From the NCBI GenBank assembly GCA_052246995.1, contig JBQPWD010000004.1:128001-192000 (forward strand): a stretch of 64,000 bases of DNA, given 5' to 3'. Under the pieces are notes generated by a model. It worked only from the letters and a program-made list of their open reading frames with translations, did no database searches and had not been told where the DNA came from. The position numbers were made by a program, and so were the translations under genes. Below are positions 29,237 through 38,056 of the stretch, piece by piece. Position 1 is the stretch's first letter. Every line of letters starts with the position of its first letter. The DNA is from Candidatus Bathyarchaeota archaeon. GTDB lineage: Archaea > Thermoproteota > Bathyarchaeia > Hecatellales > Hecatellaceae.

Positions 29237-30514
29237 TTGAGTGTTAAAGTTAATTTTGATAAATATTTTGACGATCTTACCCAAAAATCTTATGAGGCTT
29301 TCTTGCAGAGAGCCATTGTCCGTGCAAGAACAGCATACTGGGATAGACGTCGTGTGAACTTTCCAAAGCTTAAGTATGTTGAAAAATGGTGTGAGGAGCT
29401 TAAAGGTATTAGAAGGGTTGCTCTTGACAAGTTTCTAGACTATGTAAAGATGGCTAGAGACTGGATGGAGTCAAGAGATATTAGAACTCATTGGGCTAAA
29501 GATGCGGCTGAAGCAAACAAGATAATTTATGAATTGTTTAGTAGCTGGAGGGCTAAAAAGGTTTTTAAGGTTAAAAGCATTGCAAGCGAAGAAATTGGAA
29601 TGAATGAGTATTTAGAGGAACGGGGAATTAAAGCTTGGGAAACTGATGTTGGTGCTGTTATTCTCCAGTTAATGCATGGAAAAGCTATGCATCCAACAGG
29701 TGTTTCTATTGCTGTTGCTAGGGAGGTTGCAAAAGAATATCTTTCCAAGTTTCTTGGGAAAGACCTGCCAGCGGATCCGGCAGCTTTAACTAAAGCCACT
29801 TGTGATTGGGTTAAAAAAGCAGTTCCTGAGGCAGACGCGGTGTTTTCCGGTGCTAATGCTATTGTTGCTGAAACAGGTGAAATCTGGGTTCTGGAAAATG
29901 AAGCTAATGGCAGGCTTGTACTTGCCCAACCAAAGCCCTATGTTTGTTTAGCTGGAATTGAAAAGGTTTATCCGACGAGATATGCTGCTTTGCTTTACGC
30001 ATCAATTATGCCTGTCTATGTAACTGGTGCCGCAGCCATAGACAATATAACCATTATTGGCGGTAAAAGTGCATCAAACGATATTGAAAGAGTTAGAGTT
30101 TCACCAGCAACTGGACATGAAGAAATACATGTTGTCTTCCTTGATAATGGAAGAACAGCAATGCTTAAAGATCCAGACTTCCAGGTAATGCTTACATGTT
30201 TAAAATGTGGTGCATGCTTAATGGATTGTCCAATGTGGAATACTGTTGCAGGATACTTTGGTGAACATGTATACATGGGGGCTTTTGGGATTGTATGGAC
30301 AGCATTTACCAGAAGCTTAGAGGATGCAGCACCTCAAGCATATACATGTGTACTTTGTGGTAGATGTAAGGATATGTGCCCAATGGGTATAGACCTTCCG
30401 AGGTTAATTAAAAGGTTACGTCAAAAACTTGTTGAAAAAGGGATAGTTCCGCAACAGCTTCAGGTAATGTCTGAAAACATATTGAAGTATGGTTCACCTT
30501 ACGGCTTAACATAA
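29237..30514 (+). CDS. LUD (LutB-like) domain plus 2x[4Fe-4S] protein
   Basis: 'KVKSIASEEI', 'ETDVG', 'GANAIVAETG...ENEAN', 'DNGR'; CLKCGACLMDCP and CVLCGRCKDMCP. Confidence 0.9.
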   Translation: MSVKVNFDKYFDDLTQKSYEAFLQRAIVRARTAYWDRRRVNFPKLKYVEKWCEELKGIRRVALDKFLDYVKMARDWMESRDIRTHWAKDAAEANKIIYELFSSWRAKKVFKVKSIASEEIGMNEYLEERGIKAWETDVGAVILQLMHGKAMHPTGVSIAVAREVAKEYLSKFLGKDLPADPAALTKATCDWVKKAVPEADAVFSGANAIVAETGEIWVLENEANGRLVLAQPKPYVCLAGIEKVYPTRYAALLYASIMPVYVTGAAAIDNITIIGGKSASNDIERVRVSPATGHEEIHVVFLDNGRTAMLKDPDFQVMLTCLKCGACLMDCPMWNTVAGYFGEHVYMGAFGIVWTAFTRSLEDAAPQAYTCVLCGRCKDMCPMGIDLPRLIKRLRQKLVEKGIVPQQLQVMSENILKYGSPYGLT

Positions 30515-30609
30515 AGCTTCCAATTTTCCAACTTTCTTTTTTCTAATAAGAAATTTTCTTTATTGTTATCATTATTTTTTGTTTAAAGCCAATTGGAAGG
30601 TTAAATTTA

Positions 30610-31866
30610 TCAGATGCTTAGCTTTGCTATGGAAAACTCATCTTTAAACATTTCCTCTATTCTTATTAACTCATTCAACTTTGCTGTTCTTTCTCCGCCT
30701 ACAACTCCAGTCTTAATTATTGGACAGCTAAAAGCTATTGAAAGGTGGGCTAAGTGCGTGTCAACGGTTTCACCAGACCTGTGAGATAAAACTGGAATAT
30801 AGCCTGCAGATTTTGCAAGCTTTACTGTTTCCAACGTATCGGTTAATGTTCCAACCTGGTTAGGTTTAATTATCAAGGAGTTTGCAGCTTTAAAGTTTAC
30901 ACCAATTTTAAGCCTATCTTTGTTTGTAACAAAAATGTCGTCTCCACATATTAAACAATTTTTTGCCTTTCTTGTAAGTTCAGCAAAACCTTCAAAATCA
31001 TCCTCATGAAGAGGATCTTCAACATATACTAGATTAAATCTATCAATAAGCTCCAAAACATACTCTATCTGTTCATCCTTACTTCTACGCTTACCCTCGC
31101 CAACATAGTTGTAACATTTAAGCTTAGAATCCCATAATGATGAAGATGCAACATCTAAGCCAACTCTAACTTCAACACCAGTTTCACTTCCAACCTCTCT
31201 AGTAGCTTCAAAAACAACTTCAAGAGCCTTCTCATTTTTTAGTGGAGGAGCCCATGCACCCTCATCACCCCTGCCACCAGTAAATACTGGGACATTTTTT
31301 TCTAAAAACTCACCAATTTTTCTATAAACCTTAATGTTTGCGTGGTAAGCCTCAAAAAAAGTTTTGGCACCAACAGGCAAAACAAGAAATTCCTGAATGT
31401 CAGGCGCACCCTTTCCAGCGTGTTTACCGCCACCTACCACGTTTCCAAGCGGAAGAGGAAGAAATGTTTCTTTAAAGCATTTAAGCGAAGAAAATAAAGG
31501 TTGCTTTAAGGTTGAAGACGCGGCTTCAGCTACAGCTAAAGAAACAGCATATGCTGTGTTTCCACCTATAAAGCTAAAATTGCTTGTACCATCAACCTCA
31601 TGTAGAGTTTTATCTACAAGTTCTTGGTTGTTCGCATCCAATCCAACAATTTTAGGTTTTATGATGCTGTAAACTCTTTCAACAGCCTTTTTCACGCTGT
31701 CCTCAGGAAAGGCTACAACTTCGTGTATTCCCTTACTTTTTCCAGCTGGAGCAGCTGCCCTACCAAAACCACCTAAAGTTTTAACCTCAACTTCTATTGT
31801 TTCTTCACCACGACTGTTAAAAATCCTTCTAGCTCTAATGTCGTTTATAATTGTCTGAGAATTCAA
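30610..31866 (-). CDS. eno: Enolase
   Basis: 'NSRGEETIEVEV', 'IQEF', 'EDPLHEDD', 'IKPNQVGTLT', 'SHRSGET'. Confidence 0.97.
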   Translation of the reverse strand: MNSQTIINDIRARRIFNSRGEETIEVEVKTLGGFGRAAAPAGKSKGIHEVVAFPEDSVKKAVERVYSIIKPKIVGLDANNQELVDKTLHEVDGTSNFSFIGGNTAYAVSLAVAEAASSTLKQPLFSSLKCFKETFLPLPLGNVVGGGKHAGKGAPDIQEFLVLPVGAKTFFEAYHANIKVYRKIGEFLEKNVPVFTGGRGDEGAWAPPLKNEKALEVVFEATREVGSETGVEVRVGLDVASSSLWDSKLKCYNYVGEGKRRSKDEQIEYVLELIDRFNLVYVEDPLHEDDFEGFAELTRKAKNCLICGDDIFVTNKDRLKIGVNFKAANSLIIKPNQVGTLTDTLETVKLAKSAGYIPVLSHRSGETVDTHLAHLSIAFSCPIIKTGVVGGERTAKLNELIRIEEMFKDEFSIAKLSI

Positions 31867-31929
31867 AACTGCCCACCTACATGTACTAAGTAAATGATAA
31901 AAAATAAGATTTAAGGTAAACGACTATTT

Positions 31930-32148
31930 TTAAACTTCACCAGTTTTACGTATACCACTTGAAAACTTTAAAACTTCATCAATAATTTCAACGTGGGATA
32001 TAAGCATCCTACGACAACAGTATCTTTTAACTCCAAGTTCATCTAAAACTTTTGCTGGGTCCTCTCCAGCCTTAACACGGCTGTTAAATTCTTCCCACTT
32101 ATCCCCAACTACAGCACCACAACTAAAACATCTAATAGGGATGATCAA
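31930..32148 (-). CDS. rpoN: RNA polymerase subunit N (Rpo10)
   Basis: '[10 protein letters not shown]...RYCCRRM'. Confidence 0.97.
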   Translation of the reverse strand: MIIPIRCFSCGAVVGDKWEEFNSRVKAGEDPAKVLDELGVKRYCCRRMLISHVEIIDEVLKFSSGIRKTGEV

Positions 32149-32402
32149 GATAACCCATTCCTATTTTTAGGTAAGAGTTGAGGAGAGATATAAACTTAAG
32201 GTTTAACCTCAAATTCACGCCAACTTCTTAACAAGTTATATCAAATAGCTCATTAGCTAATTAAAATACAACAATCAAAGAGTATTCGCTTGTAACCCTA
32301 AAAGCTAGACAGGATATAAGGCTAAATTTGATAACCAGGTTGTAAAGAAACGAAAAAATTATTCTCCTAGATGGTGAAATTTACAAAGAAAATTGATAAA
32401 AA

Positions 32403-32813
32403 CTACCTATAAGATTTTTGTCTTCTTCTTCTTGCACCAGGTCCGCCAAACTTTTTCATTTCTCTTCTTCGCGGGTCTCCTGTGACCATCGACCTGTCAT
32501 AACTTGTAAACAACTTTTTAAGCCTAGAACTTCTAAACCATTCAACAAGCCCCTTGGCAATACTCATTCTGACAGCTTCAGCTTGACCCATAAAACCTCC
32601 ACCTTTAACTTTTACGTCAATATCAACCTGCTTCCACAGGTCTCCACTAAGCAGTAAAGGTTCCATAATTTTCCATCTTACAATTTCAGGTGTGCAGACC
32701 TCTAGCGGTATCCTGTTTATCGTTATCCTTCCACTTCCAGGCTTAACTACAGCTTTAGCTATTGCTGTCTTTCTTTTACCAACTGTAACTATTGGAAGCT
32801 TTCTAGTGGACAT
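32403..32813 (-). CDS. rps9: 30S ribosomal protein S9
   Basis: 'GKRKTAIA', '[10 protein letters not shown]', 'RQKSYR'. Confidence 0.97.
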   Translation of the reverse strand: MSTRKLPIVTVGKRKTAIAKAVVKPGSGRITINRIPLEVCTPEIVRWKIMEPLLLSGDLWKQVDIDVKVKGGGFMGQAEAVRMSIAKGLVEWFRSSRLKKLFTSYDRSMVTGDPRRREMKKFGGPGARRRRQKSYR

Positions 32814-32822
32814 TTTTTACAC

Positions 32823-33275
32823 CTAAACTTCTTTCCAGCCTATCTCCTTTGCAATTAATCCTAAGTGTACATACTTACCTTTAAGCTTTGAGATTGAAAC
32901 TTCAGGTATTGTTTCAATTTTTCTACCAGAAACTTCAGGCGGGATGTTGATATAAACTTTTAAACGTTTAAATGCTTCACGTCCTTTAGCTTTATCCATA
33001 GGAAGCATTCCACGTACAACTCTTCTAAGTATGCCATCAGGTCTACGTGGATGAATAGGTCCATATTTTGGGTTAACAACACTACCAATTTCAAGGAACT
33101 TTTTAAACTCCCTAACTATGCTTCTTTTTTCACCTGAAATTACAGCTTTTTCAGCATTCACTATGGCTATTTTTTCACCATTTAAAAGCCTTTTGGCAAC
33201 TATACTTGCAAGTCTACCCATAATTAAGCCTGAGGCGTCTATTATTGTTGCATCATGAGGGATTTTTGAAACCGT
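32823..33275 (-). CDS. rpl13: 50S ribosomal protein L13 (probable ACG start at 33275)
   Basis: The conserved 'IIDASGLIMGRLAS' begins upstream of the first ATG (33221). The frame is open to ACG at 33273-33275, 5 nt after the SD AGAGGTGAGG. Confidence 0.93.
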   Translation of the reverse strand, partial: TVSKIPHDATIIDASGLIMGRLASIVAKRLLNGEKIAIVNAEKAVISGEKRSIVREFKKFLEIGSVVNPKYGPIHPRRPDGILRRVVRGMLPMDKAKGREAFKRLKVYINIPPEVSGRKIETIPEVSISKLKGKYVHLGLIAKEIGWKEV

Positions 33276-33289
33276 AAATGCCTCACCTC

Positions 33290-33649
33290 TTACGCTATAA
33301 CCTTGACATGAGAACCTTTAGGGTTAGATTCAACAAGTTCCCTAATAGTTAAACATTTACCTCCAACACTTTCAATTTTTTCCTTAGCTTTTCTTGAAAA
33401 AGCATAAGCTGCAACAGTAACTGGATGGTCAAGTAAACCTGAGCTTAAAGTTTTTCCAGGAACAACCACAACATCATCCTTTTCAGTATACCTATTTATC
33501 CTACTTAGGTTAATAGAAACTCTTCTTCTTTTAGCTTTTTCAAGCAACTCTGCCACGCTTAACCAGACTTTAGCGTTATTTTCTTTAGCTTTTTTTCTTA
33601 AAAACTTTACAAGATTTCTTCTTTCAATGTTTTGAGGTGGAAGCTTCAA
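33290..33649 (-). CDS. rpl18e: 50S ribosomal protein L18e
   Basis: 'RRRVSINLSRINRY', 'VVVPGK', 'NPKGS'. Confidence 0.95.
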   Translation of the reverse strand: MKLPPQNIERRNLVKFLRKKAKENNAKVWLSVAELLEKAKRRRVSINLSRINRYTEKDDVVVVPGKTLSSGLLDHPVTVAAYAFSRKAKEKIESVGGKCLTIRELVESNPKGSHVKVIA

Positions 33650-33655
33650 CTAAAC

Positions 33656-34468
33656 CTACCTTAAACTTTTTAACTGCCTTGATAATTCTACAGCCTTATT
33701 TTTAAGAATTTCTCCAGCCTTAAGAAGAATTTCCTTTACAGGTAAACATCCAGTAGATTCAACAGTAAATATAAATTCATCCTCTTTCCAAGTAACTTCC
33801 AACGCTGAGGGTTGTTTAGGGCAGACTTTAACACATTCACAGCAAAGATTACATAAAAGTAAGTTTAAAACTTTAAGTTTACCATCTTCAAGCCCTAAAA
33901 CATTTTTTGGGCATGCTTCAACACAAACCCCACAACCATCACATTTAGCCGAGTTGATATTTATAACTGGCATGTGTTTGTATGCACAAACAGAAACAGG
34001 TTGCCATTTTGCATGATACTTACCTAGGCCAAGCCTAGCATACACCTCAAGTTTAAGCTTTTGTCCTACTTCAAGTTTAACTATTGGAATTTTATCCGAA
34101 ACAGGATGAATACTAGGATCTTCAAACTTTAAATCTCCAGAGTAAACTGTAACACTTGAACCTGAAGCTTCTACATTAATAGAACCTACAACCCTACATT
34201 TCATACAGCCCATTTCACTTTTACATTTACACTCCTCAGGTAAAACATATGTTTGTAGGTCCGTTTTTAGCGGCACAAGTCCAAGTCTATGAGCAATCAT
34301 TTCATCAGTTAATACAGATGAATTCTCATAAAAGAAGACATCATCTATAGCCATACATGGAAGTTCGCTAATCATTATACGTCTAAGTGCATTTGCAAAT
34401 GCTGTAGAGCATCCTGACAAAATAAACCTTACACTATTTTCCGTTAACTCTAAAATTTTAACCTTCAT
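33656..34468 (-). CDS. rpoD: RNA polymerase subunit D (Rpo3) with ferredoxin-like domain
   Basis: 'ANALRR', 'DEMIAHRLGLVP', 'HAKWQP'; CDGCGVCVEACP and CNLCCECVKVCP; start placed at ATG 34468. Confidence 0.96.
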   Translation of the reverse strand: MKVKILELTENSVRFILSGCSTAFANALRRIMISELPCMAIDDVFFYENSSVLTDEMIAHRLGLVPLKTDLQTYVLPEECKCKSEMGCMKCRVVGSINVEASGSSVTVYSGDLKFEDPSIHPVSDKIPIVKLEVGQKLKLEVYARLGLGKYHAKWQPVSVCAYKHMPVININSAKCDGCGVCVEACPKNVLGLEDGKLKVLNLLLCNLCCECVKVCPKQPSALEVTWKEDEFIFTVESTGCLPVKEILLKAGEILKNKAVELSRQLKSLR

Positions 34469-34537
34469 TATCCCAAACCTAAAAAGCATCTTTAAAAATG
34501 ATTTCCAAAGATTAAAAAGTTTTTCTTCTATTATTCA

Positions 34538-35482
34538 CTATAAACGTACAAGTTTTCTTATCAAATTCTGGGTTTCTTCTGGATGTTTAACGGTGTTGAT
34601 GAGGTGAACGTTAACTCTTTTAAAAAGTTCATAAAAGAAGCTGTTACGAAGTTTACGTTTAAAGTCATTTTTTACAAGTAAATGTGGGTTAAAATAGTTT
34701 TGAGATTCAACATAGTTTAAAGCTTCCTCTAAACCTAAAACCCTATGAATACTATTGTCTAAGGTGTCACGCTTAAGAATAAAAATATCTTTTAAGGTTG
34801 TAACAGGGATAATTCGACCCTTACCAATAACCCATCTAAGGTCCACTATTGCTCTACCTTGATTATCAAGCTCTGCTTTTTCTACAAGGTCTTTAAACTC
34901 GCCCCAGGTTTTTGCTAAATCAGCTCTAATGTAAAAGTTTTTTTCTGAACTGTAGGCTAAAGCATCCTTACCAAATATTCTTACAAAAAACCAGTCATCC
35001 GAGACAACACGTACATCCCCAACTCTTAGTAAACCATAAGCATGCGTAGTTTTCCCCGATCCGCTTGTGCCCATAAAACAGAGACCTCGACCATCATAAT
35101 CCAAGCAGGCACCATGAACAGAGTAAATATCATGTTCATCTTCAAGAACGTCACCAGCCACACTTAAAGCTATGGATTTAATCCAACCGTAATATTCAAA
35201 GTTTATCAGAAAAGCTGTTTTAGATTGAGGGTCATAGTAAACTTCAGTAGGCTTACTTTTATCTTCAGTAACAATTAAACGTCCATGAGAACGAATGTTT
35301 GCAGACATTGCATAAAAGTTTTCCTCCCACCTTTCCTTAACTTTTCTATCGTTTGTTAAAAGCTTAATACAACACCCATAGATATCAGATTTAACCTCGT
35401 ACAGGAAACTTCTACCGTATCTATCCATCAACTTTTCCTTGTCTTCAATACTTATAAGTTGTATAGGATAAGCTTGAGACAT
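34538..35482 (-). CDS. HPr kinase/PEPCK-like P-loop protein
   Basis: 'VHGAC', Walker A GTSGSGKTT, 'VVSDDW'. Confidence 0.75.
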   Translation of the reverse strand: MSQAYPIQLISIEDKEKLMDRYGRSFLYEVKSDIYGCCIKLLTNDRKVKERWEENFYAMSANIRSHGRLIVTEDKSKPTEVYYDPQSKTAFLINFEYYGWIKSIALSVAGDVLEDEHDIYSVHGACLDYDGRGLCFMGTSGSGKTTHAYGLLRVGDVRVVSDDWFFVRIFGKDALAYSSEKNFYIRADLAKTWGEFKDLVEKAELDNQGRAIVDLRWVIGKGRIIPVTTLKDIFILKRDTLDNSIHRVLGLEEALNYVESQNYFNPHLLVKNDFKRKLRNSFFYELFKRVNVHLINTVKHPEETQNLIRKLVRL

Positions 35483-35525
35483 AAAAACACCAGTTCCAGC
35501 TTTAGAAGGTGGAGTTGAAAGTTAA

Positions 35526-35933
35526 CTAAACTCTACGTCCCCTACGACCACCAGGTCTTCGGGTAGTATCATGGGGAATTGGGGTAACATCTTCAATCTT
35601 ACCAATCTTTAAACCTGACCTTGCAAGAGCTCTAATGGCAGGTTGAGCTCCTGGGCCAGGTGTTTTATGAAAATGTCCTCCTGGAGCCCTAACCTTAATA
35701 TGTACACCAACAATACCCTTATCTTTTGCTATCTGTGCAGCTTTTGATGCAGCTTGCATTGCCGCATAGGGGGATGATTCAAGCCTATCAGCTTTAACAA
35801 CCTGTCCACCTGAAGAAAGTGCTATTGTTTCAGCTCCGGATAGGTCTGTTATATGAACTATCGTATTGTTAAATGAACTGTAGATATGAGCTACCCCCCA
35901 TTTTTCAAGTTTTGAGCTACCACCACTACTCAA
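35526..35933 (-). CDS. rps11: 30S ribosomal protein S11
   Basis: '[10 protein letters not shown]', 'TPGPGAQ', 'GGRRGRRV'. Confidence 0.98.
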   Translation of the reverse strand: MSSGGSSKLEKWGVAHIYSSFNNTIVHITDLSGAETIALSSGGQVVKADRLESSPYAAMQAASKAAQIAKDKGIVGVHIKVRAPGGHFHKTPGPGAQPAIRALARSGLKIGKIEDVTPIPHDTTRRPGGRRGRRV

Positions 35934-35951
35934 AATAATATTTCACCTCTA

Positions 35952-36482
35952 TTAGCTTCCTGCAGAAGTTAAGAGTAGTCGTAATGGATGATTACTATCA
36001 TTTAAAGGACTGTCAAGACTGTAAGATATTTGCGATTCCTCACCACGCTGAACAAGGTAGCCTGGTGAAGTCATTCTTCTACCTCCAACTGATATATGTC
36101 CATGTGTTATAAGCTGCCTTGCTTGAGTGGGAGTTTTTGCTAAACCAAGCCGGTAGACAAATGTTTGAAGTCTACGCTCAAGTATATCTTCAACCTTTAA
36201 ATCTAAAATATCAAGACACGTTGCCTCCTTTTCAACCAAACCAAGTCTGTAAAGCTTTGAAACAAGTTCAGATTCAAGTTTTACTCTTTCTTCCAGAGGT
36301 TTGCCTACAAGGTTTCGGGCAAGATGCCTATACTTACTTAACATTGTTTTTGCCATCCAAAGCTCCCTCTTATTTCTTAGCCCATAAAGACCAATAAGTT
36401 TAAGCTCTTCAGCTAAGACATCAACCTGCCATGGATGCCTAGGTGTTTTATACTTTTTTCTCTGCCTTTTAGGGTCACCCAA
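35952..36482 (-). CDS. rps4: 30S ribosomal protein S4
   Basis: 'GDPKRQRKKYKTPRHPW', 'LERRLQT', 'ARQLITHGHI'; start placed at TTG 36482 after GGAGG. Confidence 0.97.
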   Translation of the reverse strand: MGDPKRQRKKYKTPRHPWQVDVLAEELKLIGLYGLRNKRELWMAKTMLSKYRHLARNLVGKPLEERVKLESELVSKLYRLGLVEKEATCLDILDLKVEDILERRLQTFVYRLGLAKTPTQARQLITHGHISVGGRRMTSPGYLVQRGEESQISYSLDSPLNDSNHPLRLLLTSAGS

Positions 36483-36505
36483 GTTTTTAACCTCCAATCT
36501 TTATT

Positions 36506-36961
36506 TTATGCTGTTCTTTTTCTACGCACACCAACGGTTGTTCCCTTTCTTCCAGTTGTTCTTGTTCTTTGACCCCTAACCTTTAAACCTAAACTATGAC
36601 GTATACCACGCCAACATTTAATAGATTTTAAGAAATCTATATCCATCTTCCACCTTATAGCTAGGTCTGAGCCATGTAAGTGCCTATTCAAACCTGTTTC
36701 AAAGTCTTTTTGACGGTTAAAAAGGAAGCTAGGTATTCCAAGTTTTTCAGGCTTATTAACAGCTTCTTCAATTTTTTTAACATCATCATCTGTAAGTAAG
36801 CCAACTCTCATATTTGGGTCGAAACCTAAAGCTTTAGCAATAATGTAGGCAAAATTTATTCCAACACCGGCAATCTTAGCTAACCCATACATAATCTTTT
36901 TTGACCCGTCAATATCAGTTCCGCAAATACGAACTATATGCCTGAAGCCCTCTGAAGCCAT
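36506..36961 (-). CDS. rps13: 30S ribosomal protein S13
   Basis: 'FRHIVRI.GTDIDG', 'GLKVRGQRTRTTGR'; start placed at ATG 36961. Confidence 0.97.
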   Translation of the reverse strand: MASEGFRHIVRICGTDIDGSKKIMYGLAKIAGVGINFAYIIAKALGFDPNMRVGLLTDDDVKKIEEAVNKPEKLGIPSFLFNRQKDFETGLNRHLHGSDLAIRWKMDIDFLKSIKCWRGIRHSLGLKVRGQRTRTTGRKGTTVGVRRKRTA

Positions 36962-37189
36962 AAACCCTAAGCCACCAGTAAAATCTGAAAAAACTCGCAA
37001 TATTTTAAACTTTTCCCTTTTGGCTTGATTACTAATGTGAAAGTGTTATAACACAAACATCAACAAATGAATATTTATGATAAAAAATACCCTAGCGTTA
37101 AACTTTTAAACATTCCAATGCCCATTAATTAAAGTAAAGTATTGTAGACGTACATAACTGTGGTTTAGAACTTTTTAGGTTAAAAGGGG

Positions 37190-38056
37190 TTGAGGTGTAA
37201 TGACCCGCCAATTTTAAAAATTGGTAGGAAAGTTAAGGTTGCATACCTTGGACCAAAGGGTACATTCAGTGAAATAGCAGCTAAACACTACTTTTCAAAT
37301 GTAAGTAGTGCAGAATATATTGAAGTTCAAACAATACCTGATGTTTTTAGGCTTGTTGAAGATGGTAAGGTAAATTATGGTGTTGTCCCAGCTGAAAATT
37401 CCATTGAAGGGTCAGTAAATATAACTTTAGATATGCTCTATAGTTCATCAAAAGCTAAAATTACAGGAGAAGTCATAGAAAACATTCAACATAACCTTAT
37501 AGCCAAGTCAAGGATAAAAATAAAAAATTTGAAGGTCATTCTGTCTCATCCACATGCCTTAGCTCAATGTAGAAGGTTCATAGCTAAAAATTTTCCAAAC
37601 GTCAAACTTTTAGAGGTTGAAAGTACCGCTCAAGCTGTTAAAAAGCTTAAAAACATAAGTAATGCTGCAGCAATAGCTTCAGAGTATGCTGCAAAAATCT
37701 ACGGAATGAAAGTTGTGGCTAGAAACATAGGAGATTACACTGTCAACTATACAAGGTTTCTTGTTTTGAGCAGGAAAGATAGCAAACCTACGGGAAGGGA
37801 TAAAACATTTTTAATCTTCTCGTTAAAAGATAAACCTGGCGCATTATTTAACTTTCTAAAGCCGTTTGCAAACAGGGGTATAAACTTAACAAAAATAGAG
37901 TCAAGACCATCCAAAGTTAAACCTTGGGAATATATTTTCTTTATGGAGCTTGAGGGACATAGAAAAAATAAAAAATGTATAGAAGCTTTAAGAGAAGCTA
38001 AAGATTTATGCGAAAACCTAAAAATTTTAGGTTCGTATCCGGCTTTTAAAAATTAA
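37190..38056 (+). CDS. pheA: Prephenate dehydratase (PDT plus ACT domain)
   Basis: 'AYLGPKGTFS', 'PAENSIEG', 'SHPHALAQC', 'NYTRF', 'NLTKIESRP'. Confidence 0.96.
   Translation: MRCNDPPILKIGRKVKVAYLGPKGTFSEIAAKHYFSNVSSAEYIEVQTIPDVFRLVEDGKVNYGVVPAENSIEGSVNITLDMLYSSSKAKITGEVIENIQHNLIAKSRIKIKNLKVILSHPHALAQCRRFIAKNFPNVKLLEVESTAQAVKKLKNISNAAAIASEYAAKIYGMKVVARNIGDYTVNYTRFLVLSRKDSKPTGRDKTFLIFSLKDKPGALFNFLKPFANRGINLTKIESRPSKVKPWEYIFFMELEGHRKNKKCIEALREAKDLCENLKILGSYPAFKN

Noticed and set aside
21595-30514. Selenocysteine or pyrrolysine readthrough in redox genes
   Set aside because: All expected ligands are Cys codons; no in-frame TGA/TAG interrupts a conserved domain.
32149-32402. Gap between rps9 and rpoN as a possible tRNA/ncRNA site
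   Set aside because: AT-rich, with no cloverleaf or GC-rich stems.
37043-37054. Palindrome gtgttataacac between rps13 and pheA
   Set aside because: A single 12-bp AT-rich palindrome with no second copy noticed; insufficient support.
37200-37217. Mini-ORF ATG ACC CGC CAA TTT TAA (MTRQF) overlapping the pheA 5' end, as a Phe-sensing leader peptide
   Set aside because: Only one Phe codon, the SD-like GAGGTG is just 2 nt from the ATG, and there is no attenuator hairpin or usable slippery site.
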